This document shows, in pieces, positions 9,175-18,279 of a stretch of 32,000 nt of DNA. Under the pieces are notes generated by a model. The model made no database searches, was not told the DNA's origin, and saw only the letters and a list, made by a program, of their open reading frames with translations. This DNA comes from Clostridiales bacterium (GTDB taxonomy: Bacteria > Bacillota > Clostridia > Christensenellales > Aristaeellaceae). The first letter of the stretch is position 1, and each line of letters begins with the position of its first letter. The stretch spans positions 28,349-60,348 of the forward strand of contig SFIM01000009.1 in NCBI GenBank assembly GCA_004556155.1, written 5' to 3'. A program made the position numbers and the translations under genes.

Positions 9175-10098
9175 ATGGATTTTAAGGATATCAGCTACAT
9201 CATCGCCGTAGTAGAGCATCAAAGCATCTCCCAGGCTGCGCGCAGCCTGTATATCTCCCAGCCGGCGCTGAGTCAATCCATCCGCAAAACCGAGCTGGAG
9301 TTAGGCAAGCCGCTTTTTCACCGCATCGGTCGTGCCATGACGCCCACCGCCGCCTGCCAGATGATCGTAGCCAGCGGGCGAAAGCTTCTGCTGGAGCGCG
9401 AGATGCTGCTCAATACCATAGCCCATTTGCAGGACGAGCCGCATGAGGTGCTTCGCCTGGGCATGTCCTCCTTTTACTGCCGTCACCTGCTGCCCGGCAT
9501 TCTGCAGCATTTCCAGCAGCATTTTCCCAATGTGCAGCTGGACGTGGCTGAGGTCAAATCCTACGAGCTGGAGCGCCGCGTGGCCGACGGCCAGTTGGAT
9601 TTCTGCGTGCTTCCCGTATACCCCATGCATCCCGAGCTGGAATACACGCCCGTCGGTGTTGAAAACATTTATTTATGCATGCACCGCAGCCATCCCCTCA
9701 ATCAGCTGGCCGAGCCCAACCATACCATCAATATCCAATACACGCGTGAAGAAGGCTTTGTGCTGCAGAACAGCGTCGCCAAGGCGCACTCCCTGCAGGA
9801 GCGCTTATTTGCTTACGCAGGCTTCAAACCCCATATCATTTACGAATCCAGCACCTGGGAGGTCGCCATTGCCTTTGTAATCAGCGGCATCGGCATCAGC
9901 CTGCTGCCTGATTTCATGCTGGGCGATCAGCCCGAGGAGGAGCGGCCCTGCTATTACCGTATCCAGAACATTGACACCACGCGGCCCTTCGGCCTGGGAT
10001 ATCGTCACGGCGCGGTGCTTTCCCCGGCCGCAGAGGAGCTGGTAAAGGTAATCCGCAGCGAGTTCTCCCGCCTGCAGTCCCGCGTTCCCGCCGTATAG
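9175..10098 (+). CDS. LysR family transcriptional regulator
   Basis: N-terminal HTH ISQAARSLYISQPALSQSIRKTELELGKPLFHR with a C-terminal LysR substrate-binding fold. The ATG at 9175 follows an AGGAG RBS. The track start at 9157 would sit too close to the predicted transcription start. Confidence 0.85.
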   Translation: MDFKDISYIIAVVEHQSISQAARSLYISQPALSQSIRKTELELGKPLFHRIGRAMTPTAACQMIVASGRKLLLEREMLLNTIAHLQDEPHEVLRLGMSSFYCRHLLPGILQHFQQHFPNVQLDVAEVKSYELERRVADGQLDFCVLPVYPMHPELEYTPVGVENIYLCMHRSHPLNQLAEPNHTINIQYTREEGFVLQNSVAKAHSLQERLFAYAGFKPHIIYESSTWEVAIAFVISGIGISLLPDFMLGDQPEEERPCYYRIQNIDTTRPFGLGYRHGAVLSPAAEELVKVIRSEFSRLQSRVPAV

Positions 10099-10201
10099 CC
10101 ACAAAATACAAAACAAAAACCAAATCCATCGGTAAACGCCTTGTGCAGGGGCTGTCAGATGTGATAAACTGACTGAAAATACGTAAGCGGGGAGTATCAC
10201 A

Positions 10202-11569
10202 ATGAAGAAGCGATTGAACGGAAGGGAAACGCTGCTGATCGCCACGATGCTGTTCGGCATGTTTTTTGGCGCGGGGAATCTGATTTTTCCGGTTTATATG
10301 GGTCAGCTGGCGGGCCGCAACATCTGGAAGGCCATCGCCGGCTTTATCATCACGGGCGTCAGCATGCCGCTGCTGGGCGTGGCGGCCATCGGCGTCAGCC
10401 GCAGCAACGGCCTGTTTGAGCTCAGCTCCAAGGTCAGCCGCCCCTATGGCTACTTTTTCACCTGCGCGCTGTACCTGTCCATCGGCCCCTTCTTCGCCAT
10501 CCCGCGCTGCGCGACGGTGCCCTTCACCGTGGCGGTATCCGGCCTGCTGCCCGCCGAGGAGCAGGGGCTGGCGCTGGCGGTTTTCTCGCTGATCTTCTTT
10601 GCGCTGGTGCTGGGCTTCTCGCTCAATCCGGGCAAAATCCTCACCTATGTCGGCAAGGTGCTGACCCCCGTTTTTCTGTTCTTCCTGGCGATCCTGGTGG
10701 TCATGGCGCTGGTCAATCCCGTGGTGGATGTGGCCGCGGTAGAGCCGCAGGGCAACTATGTAGCCAAATCCTTCTTCACCGGCTTTCTTGAGGGCTATAA
10801 CACCATGGATATGCTGGCCAGCCTGGCCTTCGGCATCGTGGTGATCAACGTGCTGCGCTCTCTGGGCGTAAACGAGCCGCAGGATATCGCGCGCTCCACC
10901 GCCAAAGCGGGCTTTTTCAGCTGCCTGATCATGGCGGTGATCTATGTGTTTGTCACCCTGATGGGCGCGCAAAGCAGCGGCATGGGCGTTGCCTGCGCCA
11001 ATGGCGGCGAGGTGCTCTCGGTGGTTGCCAGCCACTATTTCGGCCGCGCGGGCGCGCTGATTCTGGCCGCGACGGTCACGCTGGCGTGCCTCAAAACCTC
11101 GGTCGGTCTGGTTACCAGCTGCGCGGAAACCTTTGTAGCGCTATTCCCCAAGGGCCCGCGTTATCGCGTATGGGCGGTCATTTTCAGCGTTCTGTCCTTC
11201 CTGGTAGCCAATCTGGGCCTGAACGCGATCATCGATTATTCCCTGCCGGTGCTGATGCTGCTGTATCCGCTGGCCATCACACTGGGGCTGCTGGGTTTGC
11301 TGGGCGGCATCTTCCAGCATGACCGCGCCATTTATGCTTCCGTCACCTTCTTCACCCTCATCGCCGCGCTGTTTGACTTCTTCAAGGCGCTGCCTAAGCC
11401 TGTCATTGGCAAGCTGCACCTGCAGGGCGCGATCGACTTTGCCGAGAAGGCGCTGCCCTTCTTTGACCTGAGCGTGGGCTGGCTGTGTCCCGCCATCGTG
11501 GGTCTGGCCGTGGGCGTATGCATCCGGCTGATCCGCCGCAAGCATGCAGCCGCTGAGGTAAACGCATGA
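10202..11569 (+). CDS. brnQ: branched-chain amino acid transport system II carrier (LIVCS family)
   Basis: ATMLFGMFFGAGNLIFPVYMGQLAG N-terminal signature, about 12 TM helices, 455 aa. Confidence 0.85.
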   Translation: MKKRLNGRETLLIATMLFGMFFGAGNLIFPVYMGQLAGRNIWKAIAGFIITGVSMPLLGVAAIGVSRSNGLFELSSKVSRPYGYFFTCALYLSIGPFFAIPRCATVPFTVAVSGLLPAEEQGLALAVFSLIFFALVLGFSLNPGKILTYVGKVLTPVFLFFLAILVVMALVNPVVDVAAVEPQGNYVAKSFFTGFLEGYNTMDMLASLAFGIVVINVLRSLGVNEPQDIARSTAKAGFFSCLIMAVIYVFVTLMGAQSSGMGVACANGGEVLSVVASHYFGRAGALILAATVTLACLKTSVGLVTSCAETFVALFPKGPRYRVWAVIFSVLSFLVANLGLNAIIDYSLPVLMLLYPLAITLGLLGLLGGIFQHDRAIYASVTFFTLIAALFDFFKALPKPVIGKLHLQGAIDFAEKALPFFDLSVGWLCPAIVGLAVGVCIRLIRRKHAAAEVNA

Positions 11570-12792
11570 ACAACACAATAAAAGAAGACGCGCTGCAAAT
11601 CATGCGCGCCGCCTTTGATGCGGTGCTGCCTGACGCGGCCGTGCGCCGGGCGCTCAGCGGTCGGCAGTTTGATCATCCCGTCACGCTGTTTGCCATCGGC
11701 AAGGCAGGCTGGCGCATGGCGCGCGCAGCCTATGACGCGCTGGGCGCATCTCAGGTACGGCAGGGCGTTGTCATCACCAAGTATCAGCACAGCGAAGGCT
11801 CCATCGGCAATTTGGAAATTTACGAGGCCGCGCACCCTGTTCCCGACGAAAACGGCGTAGCCGCCGCGCGCCGCGCCATGGATATGGCGCAGTCTCTAAC
11901 CTCTGCGGACACAGCCATCCTGCTGATTTCCGGCGGCGGCTCGGCGCTGTTTGAGTGCCCCTATGCAGGCGTTACCCTGTCCGATATTGCCGATATTACC
12001 CGTCAGCTATTGGCCTGCGGCGCAGATATCAGCGAAATCAACTGCCTGCGCAAGCGGCTTTCGGCCGTCAAGGGCGGACGCTTTGCCCAGCTTTTGTCCC
12101 CGGCAAAGCTGTTCACCATCGTGCTCAGCGACGTGCTGGGGGATCCGGTGGATGTAATCGCCTCCGGCCCCGCGCATCCTGATCAAAGCACCTGCGCCCA
12201 GGCACAGGAAATTGTGCAGAAATACCGCCTGCTTCTTTCCCCTGCCGCCCAGGAAGCGCTGCATATCGAAACGCCCAAAGCGCTCTCAGGCGTGGAAACG
12301 GTGATCGCCGGCAACGTACGCCTGCTATGCGAAGCCGCGGCGCGCGAGGCGCAGTGCCTTGGCTATACCGCTGAAATCATGGATACCGCGCTATCCTGCG
12401 AGGCACGTGAAGCAGGCGCCATGATCGCCGCGCATGCCGTCACAGCACAGGCCCCCTGCGCAATGATCTGGGGCGGCGAAACGATTGTGCATCTGCACGG
12501 TCACGGCAAGGGTGGCCGCAATCAGGAGGTCGCTCTGGGCGCTGCGCAGACGCTGGCCGGGCAGGCAAATGCCTGCGTGCTGGCGGCAGGTTCAGACGGC
12601 ACGGACGGCCCCACCGATGCGGCCGGCGGGCTGGTGGACGGCGCATTTTTTGCCCAGGCAGGCGCGCAAGCCATCGCTCAAAGCCTGGCGGACAACAACG
12701 CTTATCCCCTGCTCAAGCAGCACGACGCGCTGCTTATCACCGGCCCCACGGGCACCAATGTAAACGATCTGTATATGCTGCTCAAACGTTGA
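11566..12792 (+). CDS. glycerate 2-kinase / hydroxypyruvate reductase-like protein (DUF4147 + MOFRL family)
   Basis: Motifs AIGKAGWRMA, LISGGGSAL, CLRKRLSAVKGGR, GSDGTDGPTDAAG and TGPTGTNVND. The start overlaps the brnQ stop (ATGA at 11566-11569). Confidence 0.75.
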   Translation: MNNTIKEDALQIMRAAFDAVLPDAAVRRALSGRQFDHPVTLFAIGKAGWRMARAAYDALGASQVRQGVVITKYQHSEGSIGNLEIYEAAHPVPDENGVAAARRAMDMAQSLTSADTAILLISGGGSALFECPYAGVTLSDIADITRQLLACGADISEINCLRKRLSAVKGGRFAQLLSPAKLFTIVLSDVLGDPVDVIASGPAHPDQSTCAQAQEIVQKYRLLLSPAAQEALHIETPKALSGVETVIAGNVRLLCEAAAREAQCLGYTAEIMDTALSCEAREAGAMIAAHAVTAQAPCAMIWGGETIVHLHGHGKGGRNQEVALGAAQTLAGQANACVLAAGSDGTDGPTDAAGGLVDGAFFAQAGAQAIAQSLADNNAYPLLKQHDALLITGPTGTNVNDLYMLLKR

Positions 12793-12822
12793 CGAGGCGG
12801 GCGCAAAGTCCCCTCGTTTTTT
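12792..12822 (+). terminator. rho-independent terminator after the glycerate kinase gene
   Basis: ACGAGG...CCTCGT stem followed by TTTTTT (12817-12822). Confidence 0.6.
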
Positions 12823-12835
12823 ATTTGCACGCCTC

Positions 12836-12864
12836 TTGCCTCGCAATGCCAAGTATGTTACAAT
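12836..12864 (+). promoter_or_regulatory. sigma-A type promoter for the AraC gene
   Basis: TTGCCT, a 17-nt spacer, then TACAAT with a TGT extended -10. Confidence 0.5.
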
Positions 12865-12942
12865 GCAATTGCAGATCATATTTCTACAAATAATTTGCTT
12901 TTCATGTTATTCGTTTCCATTTTGTGACCGCAGGAGGAGATC

Positions 12943-13848
12943 ATGAAGCTGCTCTCGCATTATCGCTCCGCTGCCAACCGGCATTTTTCCAACTGGCACG
13001 AGTATGATATCAACGAAAACATGATCTATTCCCACCGCAGCACGCAATATAACCGCGAAACCTATCCGGTCGGCCTGCATTTTCATGATTACTATGAATT
13101 GCTGATCGTGGAGGGCGGCGATGTGCGCTATATCTGCGAAAGCGCGTCCTATCTGCCCCGCTATGGCGATGTGATCCTGATTCCCCCAGGCAAGCTGCAC
13201 ATGTCCATGATCAACGCCGAAAGCACCACCTATTCGCGCTGCGTGTTCTATCTGTATGATAACGCCTTTGACGCCATTGGCTGTTCTTCACTGTTGCAGT
13301 TTCTGCACCGGCATGAGAGCAGCGGACAGTTTTTCACCTCGCTCAAGCCGCGCCGTATGGAGGAGCTAACCGCCCTGCTGGCGCGCCTGGATACGGCGCT
13401 TGAAAAGGAACAGCCCGAGGATCATGCCCTGGCGCTGGGACTGATCCTGCAAATTTTCTACCTGCTCAACAAGCCTGCGGATGAAAGCACCCATCACGAG
13501 GAGTACTTTCCCCAGAACGTGCTGGATATTCAGCATTATCTGGACACGCACTTTGCCGAGGTGTCCACGGTGGCCGAGGTGGCGGAGCACTTTTTCTACA
13601 GCCGGGAATACGTATCCCGCCTGTTCAAAAAATACCTCAATACCACCGTGGCCAACTATGTGTTGCAGCGCCGCATCGTATATAGCCAGCGCCTGATTGA
13701 AACCGATATGCCCCTGCTGGATGTGTGCTATCAGGCGGGGTTTGGCAGCACATCCTCATTTATCCGCGCGTTCCAAAGCGTCACGGGCATGACGCCGTCC
13801 AAATACCGCCACGCGCACCATGAGCGGCTAAAGCCCTCCGGCGGCTGA
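12943..13848 (+). CDS. AraC family transcriptional regulator (cupin + HTH_18)
   Basis: N-terminal cupin (LHFHDYYELLIVEGG...GDVILIPPGKLH). C-terminal double HTH (VAEVAEHFFYSREYVSRLFKKY...GFGSTSSFIRAFQSVTGMTPSKYR). AGGAGG RBS precedes the start. Confidence 0.9.
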   Translation: MKLLSHYRSAANRHFSNWHEYDINENMIYSHRSTQYNRETYPVGLHFHDYYELLIVEGGDVRYICESASYLPRYGDVILIPPGKLHMSMINAESTTYSRCVFYLYDNAFDAIGCSSLLQFLHRHESSGQFFTSLKPRRMEELTALLARLDTALEKEQPEDHALALGLILQIFYLLNKPADESTHHEEYFPQNVLDIQHYLDTHFAEVSTVAEVAEHFFYSREYVSRLFKKYLNTTVANYVLQRRIVYSQRLIETDMPLLDVCYQAGFGSTSSFIRAFQSVTGMTPSKYRHAHHERLKPSGG

Positions 13849-13926
13849 CAAATCATTCTGCTTCAAGCACAGCGCCCATGCCGCGGCTATATTTTCAATG
13901 ATCTTATTTATTCACGGAGGATGAAC

Positions 13927-15339
13927 ATGATTCAGTTTGGAACCGGCGGATGGCGTGCCAGAATCGGCGAGGATTTTACCTGTGATAACGTGCGCCGCGT
14001 AGGCGGCGCGGTATGCGCGTGGCTAAAGGAAAACGGCCGCACGGACCGGCCGGTCATTATCGGTTACGACCGGCGTTTTCTCTCCTGCGAAGCGGCCAAA
14101 TGGCTGGCGGAGGTATTTTGCGCGCAGGGTTTTCAGGTGCTTTTTCTGCACCGCAGCGCGCCCACGCCCCTGCTGATGCACACGGTGCTCAAGCAGCACC
14201 TGCACTGCGCCTTGCAGGTAACAGCCAGCCATAACCCGGCCATTTACAACGGCATCAAGCTGATTGTGGAGGAAGGCCGCGACGCGCCGGTGGAAACCAC
14301 GCAGCGCATCGAGGCGCTGGCCAACGGCACGGCGCTGGATACGCGCTTTGTGCCTTTCGCCGTGGGCGAGGCCAACGGCAGCATCCAGTATGTCAAAAAT
14401 CCCTTTAACGATTTTCTGGATGATATCCTGGCCCGCATCAATGGTCAGGCCATCCGTGATCGCGGGCTGCGCATCCTGTTTGACTCCATGCACGGCTCGG
14501 GCACCTACGCGCTGATGGTTATTCTGCATACCGTGCGCTGCACGGTGGATGTCATCCACACCGAGCGCGACGCCTACTTCGGCGGCATCGCCCCCGCGCC
14601 AAGCGAGCACAGCTTGGGCGAGCTGTCCGAAAAGGTGGTGGACGGCGGCTACGATCTGGGCATCGCCCTGGACGGCGATGGCGATCGCCTGGGCATCATC
14701 GACAGCAGCGGCCGCTATATTGCGGCCAATGAAATTCTGGTGATGCTGTACTACTATCTGCATGAATACAAAGGCTGGAAGGGCCCGGTGGTGCGCAACA
14801 TGTCCACCACGCATATGCTGGACGCGGTGGCCAACGCCCTGGGCGAAGCCTGCTATGAGGTGCCGGTGGGCTTCAAGTGGATCTCCGCCAAGATCGACGA
14901 GGTGGACGCGGTGCTGGGCGGCGAATCCAGCGGCGGTCTGACCGTGCGCGGCCATATCCATGGCAAGGATTCAGCCTACGCCGCGGCACTGTTTGTGGAG
15001 ATGGTATCCGCCATGAACGCCTCCCCCGCCCGGATCATGGCCGATCTGACTGCGCGCTTCGGCTCGTTTGAAATAGCGGACAGCGATTTTTCCTACCCCG
15101 CCGAGCAAAAGCCCCAGCTGACGCACCTGCTGTTTGAGCAAAAGGCTCTGCCAGCCTTTGACCGCCCCGTGCGGCGCGTCAGTTATGAGGACGGCTGCAA
15201 GGTGTATTTTGAGGACGGCGGCTTTGTAGTGTGCCGCTTCTCGGGCACCGAGCCGCTGCTGCGCTTCTGCGCTGAGGCCGATACGAAGGAAAAAGCGCTG
15301 GCCAGCATCCAGGCCTTCAAGGACATGCTGAAGCTGTAA
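13927..15339 (+). CDS. phosphoglucomutase/phosphomannomutase family protein
   Basis: Phosphoserine loop VTASHNPAIYNGIKL, metal loop GIALDGDGDRLGIID and sugar loop GGESSGG. The GGAGG RBS ends at 13920, which favours the ATG at 13927 over 13921. Confidence 0.85.
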   Translation: MIQFGTGGWRARIGEDFTCDNVRRVGGAVCAWLKENGRTDRPVIIGYDRRFLSCEAAKWLAEVFCAQGFQVLFLHRSAPTPLLMHTVLKQHLHCALQVTASHNPAIYNGIKLIVEEGRDAPVETTQRIEALANGTALDTRFVPFAVGEANGSIQYVKNPFNDFLDDILARINGQAIRDRGLRILFDSMHGSGTYALMVILHTVRCTVDVIHTERDAYFGGIAPAPSEHSLGELSEKVVDGGYDLGIALDGDGDRLGIIDSSGRYIAANEILVMLYYYLHEYKGWKGPVVRNMSTTHMLDAVANALGEACYEVPVGFKWISAKIDEVDAVLGGESSGGLTVRGHIHGKDSAYAAALFVEMVSAMNASPARIMADLTARFGSFEIADSDFSYPAEQKPQLTHLLFEQKALPAFDRPVRRVSYEDGCKVYFEDGGFVVCRFSGTEPLLRFCAEADTKEKALASIQAFKDMLKL

Positions 15340-15351
15340 GCCGCCCCATGC

Positions 15352-15394
15352 AAAAACAGACCGGAGCCATGAACCGCTCCGGTCTGTTTTTTTT
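15352..15394. terminator. bidirectional rho-independent terminator
   Basis: A 12-bp stem, ACAGACCGGAGC (15356-15367) with GCTCCGGTCTGT (15376-15387). AAAAA lies 5' and TTTTTTTT 3', between convergent genes. Confidence 0.85.
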
Positions 15395-15404
15395 GCATGA
15401 AATA

Positions 15405-16085
15405 TTATTGCCTGAACATCCTGCGCCGCTTCCACTGGGCATACTGGATGCGAGCCATCTTATAGATATCCTCGCCGAAGAACAGCGCCACATTGACCAG
15501 CGAGGCAATGGCCGCGCAGCGAATCTGTGCAGGGCCTGCGATGATGGCAATCAGGAAGTACAGCAGGTCGATCGCCGCCAGCCACTTGGCCTTGACTGGG
15601 AGGCAGAAGAACAGCATGAACTGCATATCGGGGTACAGCGCCGCAAAGGCGATGAACAGCGAATAGTACAGATACGTATTCAGGCCGATGCCGTAGCCAG
15701 TCAGCAGGTGAGCGATAAACGCGCCTGCGACATTGGCGAGCGCGCCGATGACATAGTAAATCAGGAAGCGCCGCACGCCCCAGCGGTTTTCCAGCGCCGT
15801 TCCGATCATGTAGTAGAAATACAGGCTCAGCGCCATCCAGAAGATGCTGCCCTGCTGAGGCACGAACAGCCACGTCACCAGCCGCCATATCTGCCCCTGC
15901 AGCACGGCGGGAATGTTCAGCGTCAGGTAGCTAATCAGGCTGACGCGCGCGGTATAGGCCGTGGTCATGCCCAGAAACAGATCCAGCAGGAACACGCCGC
16001 CCATGGCGAAAACAATATAGCGCATAATGGGCGGGATGTTGTATTTGTACAGCCTGCGCTCCAGGCGATTGAGCCAATTGTGCAT
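15405..16085 (-). CDS. rhomboid-fold membrane protein lacking the catalytic Ser/His (pseudoprotease-like)
   Basis: GQIWRLVTWLF matches the rhomboid TM2 WR motif, and ...GTALENRWGVRRFLIYYVIGAL... fits the L1/TM3 pattern. No GxSG is present; the aligned position reads GIGLNT. The start is the ATG at 16085 after GGGAGG. Confidence 0.6.
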   Translation of the reverse strand: MHNWLNRLERRLYKYNIPPIMRYIVFAMGGVFLLDLFLGMTTAYTARVSLISYLTLNIPAVLQGQIWRLVTWLFVPQQGSIFWMALSLYFYYMIGTALENRWGVRRFLIYYVIGALANVAGAFIAHLLTGYGIGLNTYLYYSLFIAFAALYPDMQFMLFFCLPVKAKWLAAIDLLYFLIAIIAGPAQIRCAAIASLVNVALFFGEDIYKMARIQYAQWKRRRMFRQ

Positions 16086-16127
16086 AGGCACCTCCCAAGA
16101 TAAAAAATGCTTTGCCTTTTCATTTCT

Positions 16128-16156
16128 ATTATACCCGGTTTCTGATTTCGCGTCAA
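16128..16156 (-). promoter_or_regulatory. sigma-A type promoter for the rhomboid-like gene
   Basis: On the minus strand: TTGACG (16156-16151), a 17-nt spacer, then TATAAT (16133-16128). Confidence 0.6.
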
Positions 16157-16352
16157 TCATTGCCGCATGCGCATGCTTTGCGGCGTTTCTGCGCACAATA
16201 AGGCTGAAAAACATGCCGGAGGCGCAGCCATGGACAATCAACACCGCTCGTTTCCTCATCCGCTGATGCGGCTGCCGCGCGCAGGCGACCGGGAAATCCG
16301 TCAGAAGGATATCCGCGCGCTGCCGATTAGCCGGGAAAGGAAGTGCTGAGCA

Positions 16353-16814
16353 ATGCAGCAAAGCTCCTCAAAACAGGATCGAATCGCACAATATAAGGCG
16401 CTGATCGCCCGTTTGACCCCCAAGAGCAAGGTAGGGCAGGGCGCGCTGCGCGCCTTCTGGGTAGGCGGCGCCATCTGCGTGCTGGGGCAGGTCATCAGCG
16501 ATATCGGCACGCGCATGCTGGGCCTGACGCTGATGCAGGCCTCCAGCCTGACCAGTGTGACACTGGTGTTTTTGACCGCCCTGCTGACGGGCATCGGCGT
16601 GTTTGACGTGATCGCCAAATACGCGGGCGCGGGCACCGTGGTGCCCATTACCGGCTTTGCCAACGCCATGGTATCCCCCGCGATGGAGTTTCGTCCCGAG
16701 GGCTGGGTGCTGGGCACAGGCGCGCGGCTGTTCACCATTGCCGGACCGGTGCTGGTATACGGCGTTTCAGCGTCGGTCATCGTGGGCATCGTCTACTATT
16801 TTATCTATCTGTGA
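16353..16814 (+). CDS. spoVAC: stage V sporulation protein AC
   Basis: 153-aa multi-TM protein with the SpoVAC/SpoVAEB signature ...KYAGAGTVVPITGFANAM.... It is the first gene of a spoVAC-D-E triad. Confidence 0.9.
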   Translation: MQQSSSKQDRIAQYKALIARLTPKSKVGQGALRAFWVGGAICVLGQVISDIGTRMLGLTLMQASSLTSVTLVFLTALLTGIGVFDVIAKYAGAGTVVPITGFANAMVSPAMEFRPEGWVLGTGARLFTIAGPVLVYGVSASVIVGIVYYFIYL

Positions 16815-17863
16815 GGCCCGGTATGCAGGCAGAAAATCGCATCGGTTATCAAACCATTGAATACAAAACCAGGCCCTGGATCATGGCCTCAGCCTGCGCG
16901 GTCGGCCCGCGCGAAGGGCAGGGGCCGCTGGGCGACTGCTTTGATCTGGTGGCGCAGGACGCGGCCTTTGGCCAGGACAGCTACGAGCAGGCCGAGGCCG
17001 CGCTGCTGCGCGAAGCCTGCCGGCTGTGCCTGGCCAAGGCAAACATCGGTGAAAAAGGCGTGCAGGCCATGGTGGGCGGCGATCTGTTGAACCAGATCAT
17101 GCCCTCCGCCCTGGCGGCGCGGGAATTGAAATTTCCCTTTCTCGGCCTGTACGGCGCGTGCAGCACCATGTCCGAAGGGCTGATCACGGGCGGCATGATG
17201 TGCGACGGCGGCTACGCTTCGCCCGTACTATGCACAGCCAGCAGCCATTATGCCACGGCGGAGCGGCAGTACCGCTACCCGCTGGAATACGGCAATCAGC
17301 GCTCGCCCGCATCGCAGTGGACGGTCACGGGCGGCGGTGCAGTGCTGCTTAGCCTACCCGAAGCCCTGCCTGGCACGCCCATGGCGCGGCTGGCGCGCGG
17401 ATGCATCGGCCGGGTGGTGGATCTGGGGGTAACGGACAACAACAACATGGGCGCAGCCATGGCTCCGGCTGCTGCGGCCACCCTATGCGCCTATATGGAC
17501 GATACAGGCGATACACCCGAACAGTTTGACCGCATCATCACGGGCGATCTGGGCATGGTGGGCAGTGATCTTCTGCTGGCCTGGTGCGAAAAGATGGGCC
17601 ATCCCCTGCCGCGCGGGTGCATGATGGACTGCGGGCTGACCATTTATGATCCCTCACAGGACAGCCACGCGGGCGGCTCGGGCTGCGGATGCTCGGCCAC
17701 CGTGCTCAGCGCCTATATTCTGCCCCGCATTCAGCGCGGCGAGTGGAAGCGCGTGCTGTTCATGGCCACAGGCGCGCTGCTCAGCCCCACCACTACGCAG
17801 CAGGGCGAGAGCATTCCGGGCGTGGCGCACGCGGTAATCATCGAGGGGGTGGGCGCATGCTGA
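16811..17863 (+). CDS. spoVAD: stage V sporulation protein AD (thiolase-like fold)
   Basis: Colinear with my recollection of B. subtilis SpoVAD: GDLLNQ, FLGLYGACST, SSHYATAERQYRYPLEYG, MGAAMAPAA, GGSGCGCSA, ATGALLSPTTTQQGESIPGVAH. A GTG at 16811 overlaps the spoVAC stop; the alternative start is the ATG at 16823. Confidence 0.9.
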   Translation: MRPGMQAENRIGYQTIEYKTRPWIMASACAVGPREGQGPLGDCFDLVAQDAAFGQDSYEQAEAALLREACRLCLAKANIGEKGVQAMVGGDLLNQIMPSALAARELKFPFLGLYGACSTMSEGLITGGMMCDGGYASPVLCTASSHYATAERQYRYPLEYGNQRSPASQWTVTGGGAVLLSLPEALPGTPMARLARGCIGRVVDLGVTDNNNMGAAMAPAAAATLCAYMDDTGDTPEQFDRIITGDLGMVGSDLLLAWCEKMGHPLPRGCMMDCGLTIYDPSQDSHAGGSGCGCSATVLSAYILPRIQRGEWKRVLFMATGALLSPTTTQQGESIPGVAHAVIIEGVGAC

Positions 17864-18228
17864 CTATGCTGCTGATGTACATCAAGGCCTTCGCCGTGGG
17901 CGGACTGTTCTGCCTGATCGGCGAAATCCTGATCCTGAAAACCAAGCTCACGCCCGCGCGCATCCTGGTGTGCTATATCACGGCGGGCGTTATCCTCAGC
18001 GCCGTCGGGCTGTACGGCCCCATCGCGCAGTTTGCGGGGGCAGGAGCTACGGTGCCCCTGACGGGCTTTGGCCACGCGCTGGCGCAGGGAGCCATCCGCG
18101 CCGTGCAGGAAACCGGGCTGTTGGGCGCCTTCACCGGCGGGCTGACAGCCACTGCGGGCGGCATCGCCGCGGCGATTTTCTTCGGTTTTCTGGCCGCGCT
18201 GTGCTTTAAACCCAAGCCCAAAACCTAA
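17857..18228 (+). CDS. spoVAE: stage V sporulation protein AE (AEB)
   Basis: 123-aa membrane protein with ...QFAGAGATVPLTGFGHAL..., paralogous to SpoVAC. The ATG at 17857 overlaps the spoVAD stop; the track start at 17689 is an in-gene extension. Confidence 0.85.
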   Translation: MLTMLLMYIKAFAVGGLFCLIGEILILKTKLTPARILVCYITAGVILSAVGLYGPIAQFAGAGATVPLTGFGHALAQGAIRAVQETGLLGAFTGGLTATAGGIAAAIFFGFLAALCFKPKPKT

Positions 18229-18235
18229 TAGAAAA

Positions 18236-18272
18236 CGTCCGGCCAAAGCTGTGCTTTCGCCGGACGCATTTT
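18236..18272. terminator. bidirectional terminator between spoVAE and the paaK-like gene
   Basis: CGTCCGGC (18236-18243) pairs with GCCGGACG (18259-18266). TTTT follows on the plus strand and AAAA precedes. Confidence 0.7.
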
Positions 18273-18279
18273 ATGCGGA

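Noticed and set aside
10099-10201. T-box or other riboswitch leader upstream of brnQ.
   Set aside because: The ~100-nt A-rich spacer is too short for a T-box, and I saw no specifier/antiterminator-like structure or terminator hairpin.
16167-16349. 60-codon ORF directly upstream of spoVAC as a real gene.
   Set aside because: It is Arg-rich, has no RBS and no recognisable similarity. It is kept only as part of the unexplained-leader finding, not called as a CDS.
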